Below, in pieces: positions 1 through 10,140 of a DNA stretch of 29,905 bases; position 1 is the first letter of the stretch; each line of letters opens with the position of its first letter. The notes below the pieces were generated by a model that had not been told where the DNA came from, made no database searches, and saw only the letters and a list, made by a program, of their open reading frames with translations. This DNA is from a virus. Lineage: Duplodnaviria; Caudoviricetes. The stretch is from IMG/VR virus record IMGVR_UViG_3300042445_001947, positions 1 through 29,905 of that record; one strand, given 5' to 3'. The position numbers were made by a program, and so were the translations under genes.

Positions 1-207
1 ATGATAGTGGAAGACATTATGACAACAAACCCAAAGTTTGGTAATTTGCTTAAAATGGGACCAATTTTTATTGAAATTAATCATGAGCAAAAAAATAAAT
101 TAGACTTAAATTCAAAAAATTGGATATACAACGAAGACGAAAAAGATTTTTTTGAAATCAAAGAAATAGATCCAATACCACTAGAAGAATGGAACAAAAA
201 TGGCTGA
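1..207 (+). CDS. Small fibre-associated hypothetical protein, probably 5'-truncated
   Basis: ORF begins at the window edge. The pattern IMTTNPKFGNLLKMGPIFIEI...WIYNE resembles TLATDERMWAIILSNPTIVDI...WAYDG in the 439-711 protein, suggesting a distant paralog. Confidence 0.55.
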   Translation: MIVEDIMTTNPKFGNLLKMGPIFIEINHEQKNKLDLNSKNWIYNEDEKDFFEIKEIDPIPLEEWNKNG

Positions 208-442
208 TCCGTTTGAAAGACCAGCCAGGCCCTGGGATCTGTATAATAAAAAAATAGGCCGTGTAGATACTTTAACGGCAGATCAAAGACTTGAGATTTG
301 TAAAGGTTGTACTTTTTTTATAAAAACTACTAGCCAATGCAAAAAATGTGGTTGCCTTATGACGGCAAAAACAAAGCTACCAAATGCAGAGTGCCCTATT
401 GGAAAATGGGGACAAACAAAAATAGAGGAGGAAAAAATATGA
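200..442 (+). CDS. Small Cys-rich metal-binding protein (DUF6171-like)
   Basis: Motif RLEICKGC-x9-CKKCGCLM-x-AK...CPIGKW. The ORF overlaps its neighbours at both ends. Confidence 0.75.
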   Translation: MADPFERPARPWDLYNKKIGRVDTLTADQRLEICKGCTFFIKTTSQCKKCGCLMTAKTKLPNAECPIGKWGQTKIEEEKI

Positions 443-711
443 CAGTATATGAAGAGTGGTTAGCCACACAAGATGTTCCTGTTGCAGTGCCAGCAGAGAA
501 TATTAAAAAGTTAGCATATGTTATTGATGGCAAAGTTGTTCAGACCCTGGCTACAGACGAAAGAATGTGGGCTATTATCTTGAGCAATCCAACAATTGTT
601 GACATTACAGATATAACATTTCCAGATCGTGTAGAAGGCGAGCTTATTTCACAAGTTGCAATAGGCCAAGACTGGGCATACGACGGAACAACATTTACAC
701 CACCAGCTTAG
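439..711 (+). CDS. Small hypothetical protein, possible fibre assembly chaperone (start revised from 337 to 439)
   Basis: SD GAGGAGG at 425-431 and ATGA overlap with the upstream stop. The C-terminal DWAYDGTTFTPP is typical of phage fibre-assembly small proteins. Confidence 0.7.
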   Translation: MTVYEEWLATQDVPVAVPAENIKKLAYVIDGKVVQTLATDERMWAIILSNPTIVDITDITFPDRVEGELISQVAIGQDWAYDGTTFTPPA

Positions 712-719
712 GGGCATAA

Positions 720-1460
720 ATGAAAAAAATTAAGTTTGTGGCCTATCCAGACATGGTAGACATGCTTGAACCTTCTCCTATGAAAAATCACATACCTCAA
801 TGGTATAAAGATGGAGAAACCTATGATGATAAAAAGTCTGCAGGATTAAAAACATGTGTACCATTTCTGGATGTAATGCTGACTGGCTACGCCTTAACGA
901 CTATCGATGATTTAAAGATATCAAGAGAAGATGGCTTTGTTGTTATTGAAGATGGCAAAATAAAACAAGATGGATCATTTGAGCCTAATAAAAAAAGAAC
1001 TTCGCATAACCATGCTCTTAAAGATAATCAAATTTTTAGCAGACTAGTAAATGAAAGAAAAGGTTCAAGTGGATCTACTATACCAAGACCACCAGGGCAT
1101 ATGCAAAATCATTTTGTTTGGAGCGGAAAGTGGGGATGGAAAGTTCCGAGAGGATATTCTGTACTTGTAACACATCCCTTTAATAGACTTGATTTGCCAT
1201 TTACAACGCTGTCGGGAGTTATTGACAGCGATGGCTGGGTTCCATCTGGCAATATCCCGTTTTTTTTAAAAGAAGATTTTGAAGGTGTTATTCCAAAAGG
1301 AACTCCAATAGCTCAACTACTCCCATACAAAAGAGATTCTTGGGCCATGAAGATTAGTAAAATACTTGAAGCTCGTTATACAGTTGACATTAAAAGCCAC
1401 TCAAAGGGTTCCGATGGGTATTACAAAAAGAAGTATTGGAACCGCAAGAACTATAACTAA
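720..1460 (+). CDS. Conserved phage hypothetical protein with dUTPase-like/DUF6065-like motifs
   Basis: Motifs IPQWYK, KTCVPFLD..LTGY, PRGYSVLVTHPFNR, SGVIDSD and IPKGTPIAQLLP; the last resembles the dUTPase I..GDRIAQL strand. Confidence 0.6.
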   Translation: MKKIKFVAYPDMVDMLEPSPMKNHIPQWYKDGETYDDKKSAGLKTCVPFLDVMLTGYALTTIDDLKISREDGFVVIEDGKIKQDGSFEPNKKRTSHNHALKDNQIFSRLVNERKGSSGSTIPRPPGHMQNHFVWSGKWGWKVPRGYSVLVTHPFNRLDLPFTTLSGVIDSDGWVPSGNIPFFLKEDFEGVIPKGTPIAQLLPYKRDSWAMKISKILEARYTVDIKSHSKGSDGYYKKKYWNRKNYN

Positions 1461-1464
1461 GCAA

Positions 1465-1474
1465 GGGGTATAAT
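1465..1474 (+). promoter_or_regulatory. -10 promoter box, probable leaderless transcript
   Basis: GGGGTATAAT. TATAAT at 1469-1474 ends 7 nt before ATG 1482, and there is no SD. Confidence 0.7.
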
Positions 1475-1481
1475 ATAAGAT

Positions 1482-3755
1482 ATGGCAACTACATTCCCTA
1501 CAACACTAGATCAACTGTTAAATCCAGCAGCTACTGATTCTGTTGAGTTTGTATCCCATTCCGCCCAACATGCAAATGCCAACGATGCAATTGAGGCTTT
1601 AGAGGCCAAGCTTGGTGTTGATAATTCTACAAATACTGCAACCATAGACTATAAGGTTCGGGACTTAATATCTAAAATTTATACCAATGAAATGGCGCAA
1701 GATGCAATTGCCACAGCATTGGCTGCAGGAACCCACGGTAATATAACCGTTGCTTATGATGATGTTGCAAACTCATTAAGCTTAACCGCTACATATGATG
1801 ACGAAGAAGTCATGGATGCAATTGCAACATCTTTAACAGCAGGCACAGGAATCACAAAAACTTATAATGACGTTGCTAACACAATTACCTTAGCAGTAGA
1901 CACATCAGTTATTGCCACATTGGTAAATGGGTATGTCCCTCAATCCCAGCTTGATATCGATGAAAGAATTCAAGACGTAGCCGCAAAATTAATTACAGAT
2001 GGAACCCACTATAATATAACCGTCTCATATGATGATACAACCGCAAAGCTAAGCTTAAGCGCAAATTATGACGACGAAGAGGTCATGGACGCTATTGCTA
2101 CATCTTTAACGGCGGGTAATGGAATAACAAAGACTTATGACGATGTCGCTAATACAATAACCCTGGCAGTAGATACTACCGTTATTGCAGATCGGACATA
2201 TGTAAATACAGCAATATCTAATCTTATTGACTCAGCCCCAGCAGTTCTAGATACTCTAAATGAAATTGCTGCCGCAATTGGGGATGATGCAAATTTTGTA
2301 ACAACCATAACCAATGCTCTTTCTCTTAAAGCCCCCCTAGCTTCTCCAGTATTTACTGGACTGCCAACAGCTCCAACTCAATCTTCAGATGACAATTCGA
2401 CAACAATTGCCACAACCGCCTTTGTTCAAACAGCAAAAGCTGGCGCTACACAAAATGCAAAGACATATACAGATGCCGCCATCACAGCACTTGGAAGTAA
2501 TACTGCTACAACATATGTACCTTTATCAGAAGTAGGGGTAGCAGACGGAATTGCAACACTTGATGAAAATGGAAAGGTTCCATTAACTCAATTAGATATA
2601 GACGAGAAAATTCAAGATGTAGCGGCAGGACTAATAACATCTGGAACACACACAAATTTAACTGCAACTTATGACGATGTAACGGGAAAGATTAACTTTG
2701 TAGCAGTAGCTCAATTAACACAAGAACAAGTTCAAGATGCAATAGGACCACTATTTGCACATGGAACTAATCCTAATATTTCTGTAACTTATGATGACGA
2801 AGCAAACAAGATGATCCTGGAGGCGTACATTCCTCCATCTACTGCTAAAATGTCTCCTACTGCACCTTTAAGCCCTATAGATGGCCAGTTCTGGTTTGAT
2901 ACCGATGAGTATAGAAGCGGCAATACAAGGTCCTTAAAGGTTTGGAATGCATTAAGCTCTACATGGGAATATGTATCTACAGACTTATCTTTATCTACTA
3001 CTAATACATGGACATCAAAGAATACTTTTACTAACGGAATTATTATTGGTCTTGATGCCGCCCCATTGACACCAGTACATGGACAAATTTATTACAATAA
3101 AGCCTTAAATAAATTAAAGGTGTATGACGGATTGCTGTGGCAAGATATTCAAGGAAGCGGTGGCGGTGGCGGTGGAGGGCTAACATTAATTCCAACAGAT
3201 ACCTCTCTTCCTCCAAGCACATTCTTTGTCGGATTAATTGCACCGCCATCTGGAGCAACAACAGCAGGAGATCTTTGGATAGATGTTGACGATGACGCAG
3301 GGTCTACTGAATTTGTTTTTGCTGGACCTAATCCTCCAGCTGAAGGAACTTATGGAATGGATACTCTGTGGATTGACACAGATGAACCAGATCTTCCTTT
3401 AATATACGCAGATGAAGAGCCTCCTGCATATACTACGGTTGAAGGAGATTTCTGGGTTGATTTAGATGACACAAGTGGTCAATCTATTTTGTCTTCAACA
3501 ACTCCTCCAAATCCACAACAAACAGAGTTTTGGCTAGACCTAACAACAGAAGAGGGTGAAATAACTTATTCTGATTTGTTTAAAAACAATGCTGCACAAA
3601 TAACAAACTTTGCTAGTTTGCCAACAGCATCTTTGCATGGCGGAATGATAGCATACGTGTCATCAGAGGCTTCTTTATATGTGGCAGCTGCGGGACAATG
3701 GATAAAGATATTCCCAACCTTCGATTCGGAAACGTTAATTTGGGCTGGGGTTTAA
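1482..3755 (+). CDS. Repetitive tail-fibre-like structural protein (757 aa)
   Basis: Contains (Q/M)DAIA..L..G.....TYDD repeats, the P2 gpH-like fibre motif APAVLDTLNEIAAAIGDDANF...KAPLASPVFTG.PTAPT...IATTAFV, a poly-Gly hinge and P..G.(L/F)W.D repeats. Confidence 0.8.
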   Translation: MATTFPTTLDQLLNPAATDSVEFVSHSAQHANANDAIEALEAKLGVDNSTNTATIDYKVRDLISKIYTNEMAQDAIATALAAGTHGNITVAYDDVANSLSLTATYDDEEVMDAIATSLTAGTGITKTYNDVANTITLAVDTSVIATLVNGYVPQSQLDIDERIQDVAAKLITDGTHYNITVSYDDTTAKLSLSANYDDEEVMDAIATSLTAGNGITKTYDDVANTITLAVDTTVIADRTYVNTAISNLIDSAPAVLDTLNEIAAAIGDDANFVTTITNALSLKAPLASPVFTGLPTAPTQSSDDNSTTIATTAFVQTAKAGATQNAKTYTDAAITALGSNTATTYVPLSEVGVADGIATLDENGKVPLTQLDIDEKIQDVAAGLITSGTHTNLTATYDDVTGKINFVAVAQLTQEQVQDAIGPLFAHGTNPNISVTYDDEANKMILEAYIPPSTAKMSPTAPLSPIDGQFWFDTDEYRSGNTRSLKVWNALSSTWEYVSTDLSLSTTNTWTSKNTFTNGIIIGLDAAPLTPVHGQIYYNKALNKLKVYDGLLWQDIQGSGGGGGGGLTLIPTDTSLPPSTFFVGLIAPPSGATTAGDLWIDVDDDAGSTEFVFAGPNPPAEGTYGMDTLWIDTDEPDLPLIYADEEPPAYTTVEGDFWVDLDDTSGQSILSSTTPPNPQQTEFWLDLTTEEGEITYSDLFKNNAAQITNFASLPTASLHGGMIAYVSSEASLYVAAAGQWIKIFPTFDSETLIWAGV
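1728..2188 (+). repeat. Intragenic duplication with a 273-bp (91-aa) period
   Basis: 1728-1915 and 2001-2188 both encode GTH.NITV.YDD...YDDEEVMDAIATSLTAG.GITKTY.DVANTITLAVDT.VIA, with many synonymous differences. Confidence 0.9.
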
Positions 3756-3763
3756 TAAAAGAT

Positions 3764-3775
3764 ATGTTGTATAAT
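3764..3775 (+). promoter_or_regulatory. -10 promoter box, leadered transcript
   Basis: Intergenic ATGTTGTATAAT (TATAAT 3770-3775), followed by SD GGAGAGGT and ATG 3795. Confidence 0.6.
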
Positions 3776-3794
3776 AGTGGAGAGGTAATCAAAT

Positions 3795-4412
3795 ATGTCA
3801 TTAAAACGCTATAACGGAACTGAGTGGGTAGTCGTTGCAGGATCACGACCTGGCCCAACGGGAGCCACTGGTCCTCAAGGTCCAGCAGGAACTGCTGCAG
3901 CCGTATCTGTAGGTACAGTAACATCAGTTGCATCAGGTGCAAACGCAACAGTAACAAATTCAGGTACAGCAACAAATGCTGTTTTTAATTTTTCAATTCC
4001 ACGGGGCGAATCAGTTACAGGCCCAGCGGGTGTTCCAGGTACAAGAGGAACAAAGACATATACAGCTCAATCTGTTCCACAAAATGCTGGATTAACAAAT
4101 TTAATTGAAGGCGATAACTTTATAAATTTAAATACTGGAGATTATTACGTTTATAGCGCATCAACAACAACCTGGGTATTACAAGGTAACGTACGAGGAC
4201 CACAAGGTATTCAGGGAAATGCAGGACCAGCGGGACCACAAGGACCTATTGGTCCAATTGGAGACGTAGTTGTGGCAGACATTGAAAGAAGAGTTTCGGC
4301 CTACGAATTAGATTCATTACTTAATCTAGGTATTTATTATCCAAAATATGCACTAACATCATCTTTGGCACAGATAAATGGTACAATTATGGCAACAAGT
4401 TTTATTTTCTAA
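3795..4412 (+). CDS. Short collagen-like fibre/linker protein
   Basis: Gly-X-Y runs interrupted by VSVGTVT...VTNSGT..NAVFNFSIPRG. The N-terminus is MSLKRYNGTEW. Confidence 0.8.
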   Translation: MSLKRYNGTEWVVVAGSRPGPTGATGPQGPAGTAAAVSVGTVTSVASGANATVTNSGTATNAVFNFSIPRGESVTGPAGVPGTRGTKTYTAQSVPQNAGLTNLIEGDNFINLNTGDYYVYSASTTTWVLQGNVRGPQGIQGNAGPAGPQGPIGPIGDVVVADIERRVSAYELDSLLNLGIYYPKYALTSSLAQINGTIMATSFIF

Positions 4413-4427
4413 GGGAGACTAACTAAT

Positions 4428-7400
4428 ATGGCAAGAAGAGCAATTAACGACCAGGGAATTATATTTTCACCTGCAACATCCACAATTACAATTCCAAGAG
4501 TAGTCTTAAGACAAAATCTTCTTTTGATCACCAACGTCACCCAGAATAAAATCATTTATAATTTTTCAGACCCAGCGGTAGGTCTAGTAAGCCACTCTTT
4601 AACCAGTAGCCAAAATGACCCATCAACAGTATTAGTTCTTGAATACAACACATCAGCAATGCAGTCAACAGATAAACTTCAGATTATGGTTGATGAGCCA
4701 TTTGAGTCATTTATGCCAGCCCCAGATCAGCTGGATGCAGTTGGAAAGTTCAAGATATCAGATCCAGAATCTTTAATTGATACAGACTTTGAATACGGTG
4801 TTCAGGGCTCTAAGTGGGAATCACTTTCTCTTCAAAACAATTACCCAACATTCTTTTCAAGAAATACAGGAGGAAACTCCCTAGACGTAGTTAGCATTAT
4901 TTCATCAGGAGGTTCTCCTAGATCTACAATTGTTGTAAACACAGCAACCCCACACGGATTAACTAATGGAGACGTAGTAAGCGTTAACGAGTCTTTAAGT
5001 CCATTAACTGATGGAACATTCCTGGTTACAGTGCTAAGCTCAACTATTTTTTCATATATTGCTAAAGGTTTTGTGGCAAATGGCACAAGCGTACAAGATG
5101 GAGTTTTGACAAATCTTTATGGTGGAGGAATTTTTGATAATGCTCACATTCCTGGAGGAAACACAGGTAACCTAAATTCATGGTCAGCTACATCAGACGG
5201 TGCAGCCCTTTCTAGAGTAAACGTAGTAACTACAAATCCACACGGATTGTATCCAGGAACACCTATTTTGGTTTCGGCTCCATCAGGAAGTTCTATTAAC
5301 GGAAGCTTTTTAATTGATAGAGTTACAACACCAAACTCTTTCTCATTTATGACACAAGGATTAATTCCAGTAGGAACAATTGTTACCACAGGAATTGGTT
5401 TGTATTGTAAGCCTGAAGGCTATGTAGAGCATAGACCTTTTGACGGTGGAGTGATTCTTACAACAGGAAACAACGTGTGCGGAACACAAACACTTAGACA
5501 AACACGTAGATACTTTAGATATCAGTCAGGTAAGTCAATTACTTTTTCAACAGGAACAAAGTTTACGCCTTCATTTGATATATCATATATTGCATCATCA
5601 AGCACAGCAATCGGATCAAATACAATTACAATTCGTGTTTTGCAAGATCACAATTTACAAGCGGGAGCAACAGTTAAAGTTGAAGGAATTGAAACGGTAG
5701 GAGCATACAATCCATTTAATGGTTTATTTACTATCAGCTCAGTACCAGATTCAAATACAATTTTATTACAAAAAACATTTACATCTGCAATTACAGCAAT
5801 TGATCAATTGCCAGGTGGAGTTAACTCTTTCGTAACAGCGTATCAATGGAAAGGCTCAGCAACAAGAGCAGGACTATATGATGATCAAAATGGATTCTAT
5901 TTCGAGTATGATGGACGAACATTATATGCAGTAAGAAGATTCTCAAATAAAGAACTGTTCGGTAAAGTTTCAGTAACACAGTTTTCAAATGTAGTAACAG
6001 GTATAGACACTAGATTTAGAAAGCAGCTTCTTGTAGGAGACCTAATTGTAATTAGAGGACAATCCTATAGAGTTATCCAGATTAGCTCTGATACTGTACT
6101 TAACATTGCCCCAGCATATCGTGGACCAAGCGTTACAGCATCTCCTTACCTTAAGACACAGATTCAAAAGATTCCACAGAATGAATGGAATATTGATACT
6201 ATGGATGGAACTGGACCAACAGGTTATAATCTTGACATAGCAAAGATGCAGATGACATTCATTGACTACTCATGGTATGGCGCAGGATCAATTAGATTTG
6301 GCATGAGAGCAAATGACGGAGCGGTTGTTTGGTGCCATAAGATGGTAATGAATAATAATAATACTGCTTCATATATGCGTTCAGGTAACTTGCCAGCAAG
6401 ATATGAAACAATTAATGAGCCTTTAAACTCTGCAAAATTAATTGCAGGTGGATCAGGAATTAGCGGATCTACATTATTCCCTCAAGACACAGTAATTTAT
6501 GTTAATGACGTAAGTTTCTGGCCTTCAAATGGATATTTAAGAATTGCAGACGGATCTAACTTTGAAATTTGTGAGTATACATCAATTGGTGCATATAACC
6601 CAACAATTCAAGCAACAGCTGTTAACATTGTAAGAAGAGTTGCACAACCATTAGTTTATGGAGGAGTTTCAATGAATCTTTTTGGAACAGCGTCTCAAGT
6701 AAACTTTGTTCCAGACTCAACAATTCCAGGCGGATCTGGAGTAGCGCAAGTTTCAGTACAAACAATTTCTCAAAACTGTGCACCAGTTATGTCACACTGG
6801 GGATCATCAGTTATTATGGACGGAAAATTTAATGATGATAAATCATTTATCTTTACTGCTGGTATGCAGAAATATCTTCAGGTCGGTGGATCTGGAACAA
6901 TTTCAGCAACAATAACAAACCGTCAGTCACACAATAATATTGCAACAATGACAACATCTGGTCCCCACACACTTGCAGCGGGAACAAATGTTACTATAAG
7001 CGGTGTTCAAGATATTTCAACTGTTATATATAAGCAGCTAACAAATAATATTGCAACGCTAACAACCTCTACTCCTCATTTCTACTCGGTTGGACAATCA
7101 GTAACCATAACTGGAGTAGATAGCGTATTCAATGGAACATACACTGTTTCCCTTGTTCCAGATTCAACAAGAATTTCATTTAGCAAGGTTTCAAATAATA
7201 TTGGATTCCAATTTGTTTCAGGAACCCCAAGAATTACAGCCTCAAGTAGATATAACGGCACATTCTTAATTGATACAGTTACCCCAACATCATTTTCTTA
7301 TACTTTAGCGGGGGCAGACGAATCAATTGCAGCAGTTAACCCTAACGGAACTGCAGTTCAGACTTTTGGAAGTACACCAACCCCACGTCCTCTTGTTTCA

Positions 7401-7925
7401 ATTAGAGTGGCACCTTCAGCAGACAATGGTCTAGGAAGAAACTTCGGGCAACGTGAACTTGCTAATAGAATGCAGATGAAGCTAGACTCTGTTGGAGTTC
7501 TTTCACAAGGACAGTTCTTGATTGAAGGAATTTTGAACCCAGCAACAATGAACGGTATTGCTATTCCTTCGGAATGGGAAGCGCTTAGAGTTGGTTCAGG
7601 TTCTCTTGCACAGGTAATTTACCATGACGGAACAGGTATTAGAGGTACTGGAGCTCCAGTTACATCTCCTACAAATACCGTTACTGGTGGAGATCGTATC
7701 TTCGCTTTCTATACAGAAAACGCAGGTGGTACTAACTTCTCAGTTTCTACTTTTGATGCTAAGAAAGTTAGAGATCTTTCAAACTCAATTCTAAATGGAA
7801 ATGGGTCTCAGACAAATCCATCTTTCCCTAACGGACCAGACATCCTAACAATTACAGCAACAAACCTCGGTTCAGGTGCTGCAAACATTCTTGCTAGAAT
7901 TTCATGGACTGAAGCACAGGCTTAG
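4428..7925 (+). CDS. Large virion structural protein (1165 aa), putative fibre hub
   Basis: Motifs LLLITNVT.N.IIYNFSD, SLIDTDFEYG and RQTRRYFRYQSGK, with repeated T..PH.L..G..V.I beta modules. Rich in S/T/G. SD GGGAG. Confidence 0.75.
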   Translation: MARRAINDQGIIFSPATSTITIPRVVLRQNLLLITNVTQNKIIYNFSDPAVGLVSHSLTSSQNDPSTVLVLEYNTSAMQSTDKLQIMVDEPFESFMPAPDQLDAVGKFKISDPESLIDTDFEYGVQGSKWESLSLQNNYPTFFSRNTGGNSLDVVSIISSGGSPRSTIVVNTATPHGLTNGDVVSVNESLSPLTDGTFLVTVLSSTIFSYIAKGFVANGTSVQDGVLTNLYGGGIFDNAHIPGGNTGNLNSWSATSDGAALSRVNVVTTNPHGLYPGTPILVSAPSGSSINGSFLIDRVTTPNSFSFMTQGLIPVGTIVTTGIGLYCKPEGYVEHRPFDGGVILTTGNNVCGTQTLRQTRRYFRYQSGKSITFSTGTKFTPSFDISYIASSSTAIGSNTITIRVLQDHNLQAGATVKVEGIETVGAYNPFNGLFTISSVPDSNTILLQKTFTSAITAIDQLPGGVNSFVTAYQWKGSATRAGLYDDQNGFYFEYDGRTLYAVRRFSNKELFGKVSVTQFSNVVTGIDTRFRKQLLVGDLIVIRGQSYRVIQISSDTVLNIAPAYRGPSVTASPYLKTQIQKIPQNEWNIDTMDGTGPTGYNLDIAKMQMTFIDYSWYGAGSIRFGMRANDGAVVWCHKMVMNNNNTASYMRSGNLPARYETINEPLNSAKLIAGGSGISGSTLFPQDTVIYVNDVSFWPSNGYLRIADGSNFEICEYTSIGAYNPTIQATAVNIVRRVAQPLVYGGVSMNLFGTASQVNFVPDSTIPGGSGVAQVSVQTISQNCAPVMSHWGSSVIMDGKFNDDKSFIFTAGMQKYLQVGGSGTISATITNRQSHNNIATMTTSGPHTLAAGTNVTISGVQDISTVIYKQLTNNIATLTTSTPHFYSVGQSVTITGVDSVFNGTYTVSLVPDSTRISFSKVSNNIGFQFVSGTPRITASSRYNGTFLIDTVTPTSFSYTLAGADESIAAVNPNGTAVQTFGSTPTPRPLVSIRVAPSADNGLGRNFGQRELANRMQMKLDSVGVLSQGQFLIEGILNPATMNGIAIPSEWEALRVGSGSLAQVIYHDGTGIRGTGAPVTSPTNTVTGGDRIFAFYTENAGGTNFSVSTFDAKKVRDLSNSILNGNGSQTNPSFPNGPDILTITATNLGSGAANILARISWTEAQA

Positions 7926-7933
7926 GAGAAAAA

Positions 7934-8599
7934 ATGCCAGACTATACAACGTTATCGAGTCAAGTAGACTTATTTAAAACAAAAGTAACTGCCCTGGCTT
8001 CAACAACCCTAGATGCAAATGACTTAGTTCTTATAGCATCAGCTTTAGACACCCTAGCAAAATCAATGGGTGTTAATGATATTTTAGCGGTAACAAATGA
8101 AAGAATTGCTGCTATAACTGCGGCAAAAGATGCAGCAATAGCATCAATTAACACTTCTGTAAATGGAACAAGATTAACAGATCTTGAAGAAACAGCAACC
8201 GAGTATGAAACAAGAATTTATGCTGTAGAAAATTATGTAAATACCGCAGGTGGAAACATATCTGCGCTTTCATCATTAGTAACAGCGCTAGATTCATCTA
8301 TTACCCCAAACGTAATGAAATCTTGGACAACAGTAACTGCTAACTACCAGGCTTTAGTAAGAGACAGACTTCTTGTGGTTCCCGCAGCAGGAATGGTTAT
8401 AACCTTGCCAGCTGCACCTAATGCTGGAGATACAATTACATTTTTAGATGCTGCAGGGACTGCAGGATCAACTAATTTTACAATTGCAAGAAATGCAAAG
8501 CCAATACAGTCTTTGGCAGAAGATCTAATTGTTGATGTTGCCTCAGCATCATTTGATTTAGTATATTACGATAACTTAACAGGATGGAGAATAGCATAA
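7934..8599 (+). CDS. 'MPDY' stalk protein 1: helical N-domain, coiled coil and C-terminal fibre beta domain
   Basis: The N-terminal ~50 aa are paralogous to 10457-10789. The C-terminal ITLPAAP..GD.I...D..G.....NFTIARN...EDL...LVY.D...GWR domain is a recurrent phage fibre domain. SD AGGAG. Confidence 0.75.
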   Translation: MPDYTTLSSQVDLFKTKVTALASTTLDANDLVLIASALDTLAKSMGVNDILAVTNERIAAITAAKDAAIASINTSVNGTRLTDLEETATEYETRIYAVENYVNTAGGNISALSSLVTALDSSITPNVMKSWTTVTANYQALVRDRLLVVPAAGMVITLPAAPNAGDTITFLDAAGTAGSTNFTIARNAKPIQSLAEDLIVDVASASFDLVYYDNLTGWRIA

Positions 8600-10140
8600 T
8601 GTCAAATTTAAAAACGATACTTGGCGGAGGTAGTACAACCGCAACAAGCGCAGCAACAAATCTTACTATCCCTATGACTGAGCTAATCCCAGGCCCGCTA
8701 CCTACATTTGCTACATGGCAATGGTATTGGGGAGATTCAAATCAAAATAATGGAGGATACCAGGTTTATGATAGCGGCTTGAATATGATTGCATCCTCAA
8801 AAGCTGGGTCAACACACTCCGATACAGGTGATGTTAACATTGCAACTAGATGGACAATCTACGGTAATGGTAGAGCTGAAATTATGACTGGTGACGAAAA
8901 CCAAGGTCAAGGTGGAACTTCAGGACAAGCCTATTGGACACAATCAAACTATACATCAAACTCAGAAGCTTATGGAAACATGGGTTGCTGGTCAAATGGA
9001 CAATGGGGAAGCGCACACTTTAGATTCCCAACATATAACATGGTTGGAAATACTTTTGCAAGATCACCCAGCTACTGGGGTCCCTATAAAGCTAGAACTG
9101 GTGTAGTCATTTGCAAAGAAGGCGTACGACCAAGATATAGTATCTGGCAAGATAATGCTGATATTCGTTTCCATATTCGTGGAGTTGCAGAGTCAAACGG
9201 CGGCTATATTGATAGAATTTCTAATATATCAAGTGCAACCTATTCAACATGGGGAAGCATTGGTAGTGGTTACGGACAGGTTGGATATAACGACAGAACT
9301 AGAACATTTGTTTTGATTGAGTCAACAACCAATAACACTAATAGAATACACGTATGGAAAAACCTAAATGATGGCAGAAGCCTTCAAAGCCCATTAATGG
9401 GTGCAGGATATGCTCACAACTTCTTTGCAGAAGCAAAGTCAGGCGGAACTAATGGGGTAAAAGCTTCATATCGATTCTATGACTTTACCTGGGCATCTGG
9501 TGGATCAACTCAAACAGAACCTACATACAGAAAAAGAGTAATTGTTGGAGATAACGGCATAATCGGTATGTCTAGAATGTGCCCACAAAGCAATGCAACA
9601 GAGTATGCAACATTAGACTTAGTTTCCGCAACTCCAGGAGCTTCTGCTAATGCTCAATTAAATACCGCTTCTTATCGTCGTATGGGAAATACAACTTCCT
9701 ACTCAATTGATCAAGGTGACAGATATGGAATGAATCACAACATAACTTGGGATAACTCAGTTGTTGTTTGTTATGCACCATACTATTACTACGGTTCTGG
9801 AATGCATGCTTACTACATTGATACTTATAACCCAACACGTACATTTGTTTCTGAAAATAACTCATCTACTAATGGATGCTCCATAGTTCCAATTGGAGAA
9901 AGTTCATTTATGTGGAGAGCAAATGAGTGGAATATGGACAGCGGAACAGGAGTTAGAATGGCCTGGCTACCAATAAAGCAAATGTTTACAAATTTAAAAA
10001 ACCAAAATGGAGATGCAATTGCACTAAATGCAACAATTGATCCATCATTAACGGGAAGTAATGGCTTCATGTTTGATTCGTTTTATAATAGCACTCAATA
10101 CGGAGCGCTACACGTTATGGATAGATGGGTAACAACATGA
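8599..10140 (+). CDS. Putative receptor-binding head protein, paralog A (start revised from 8584 to 8599)
   Basis: TAATG overlap and SD GGAG at 8586-8589. Shares YNDRT, HVW.N, FYDFTW, GDNG, NTTSY.IDQ, WDN and PYY.Y.SG blocks with 11134 and 12706. Function is inferred. Confidence 0.7.
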   Translation: MSNLKTILGGGSTTATSAATNLTIPMTELIPGPLPTFATWQWYWGDSNQNNGGYQVYDSGLNMIASSKAGSTHSDTGDVNIATRWTIYGNGRAEIMTGDENQGQGGTSGQAYWTQSNYTSNSEAYGNMGCWSNGQWGSAHFRFPTYNMVGNTFARSPSYWGPYKARTGVVICKEGVRPRYSIWQDNADIRFHIRGVAESNGGYIDRISNISSATYSTWGSIGSGYGQVGYNDRTRTFVLIESTTNNTNRIHVWKNLNDGRSLQSPLMGAGYAHNFFAEAKSGGTNGVKASYRFYDFTWASGGSTQTEPTYRKRVIVGDNGIIGMSRMCPQSNATEYATLDLVSATPGASANAQLNTASYRRMGNTTSYSIDQGDRYGMNHNITWDNSVVVCYAPYYYYGSGMHAYYIDTYNPTRTFVSENNSSTNGCSIVPIGESSFMWRANEWNMDSGTGVRMAWLPIKQMFTNLKNQNGDAIALNATIDPSLTGSNGFMFDSFYNSTQYGALHVMDRWVTT

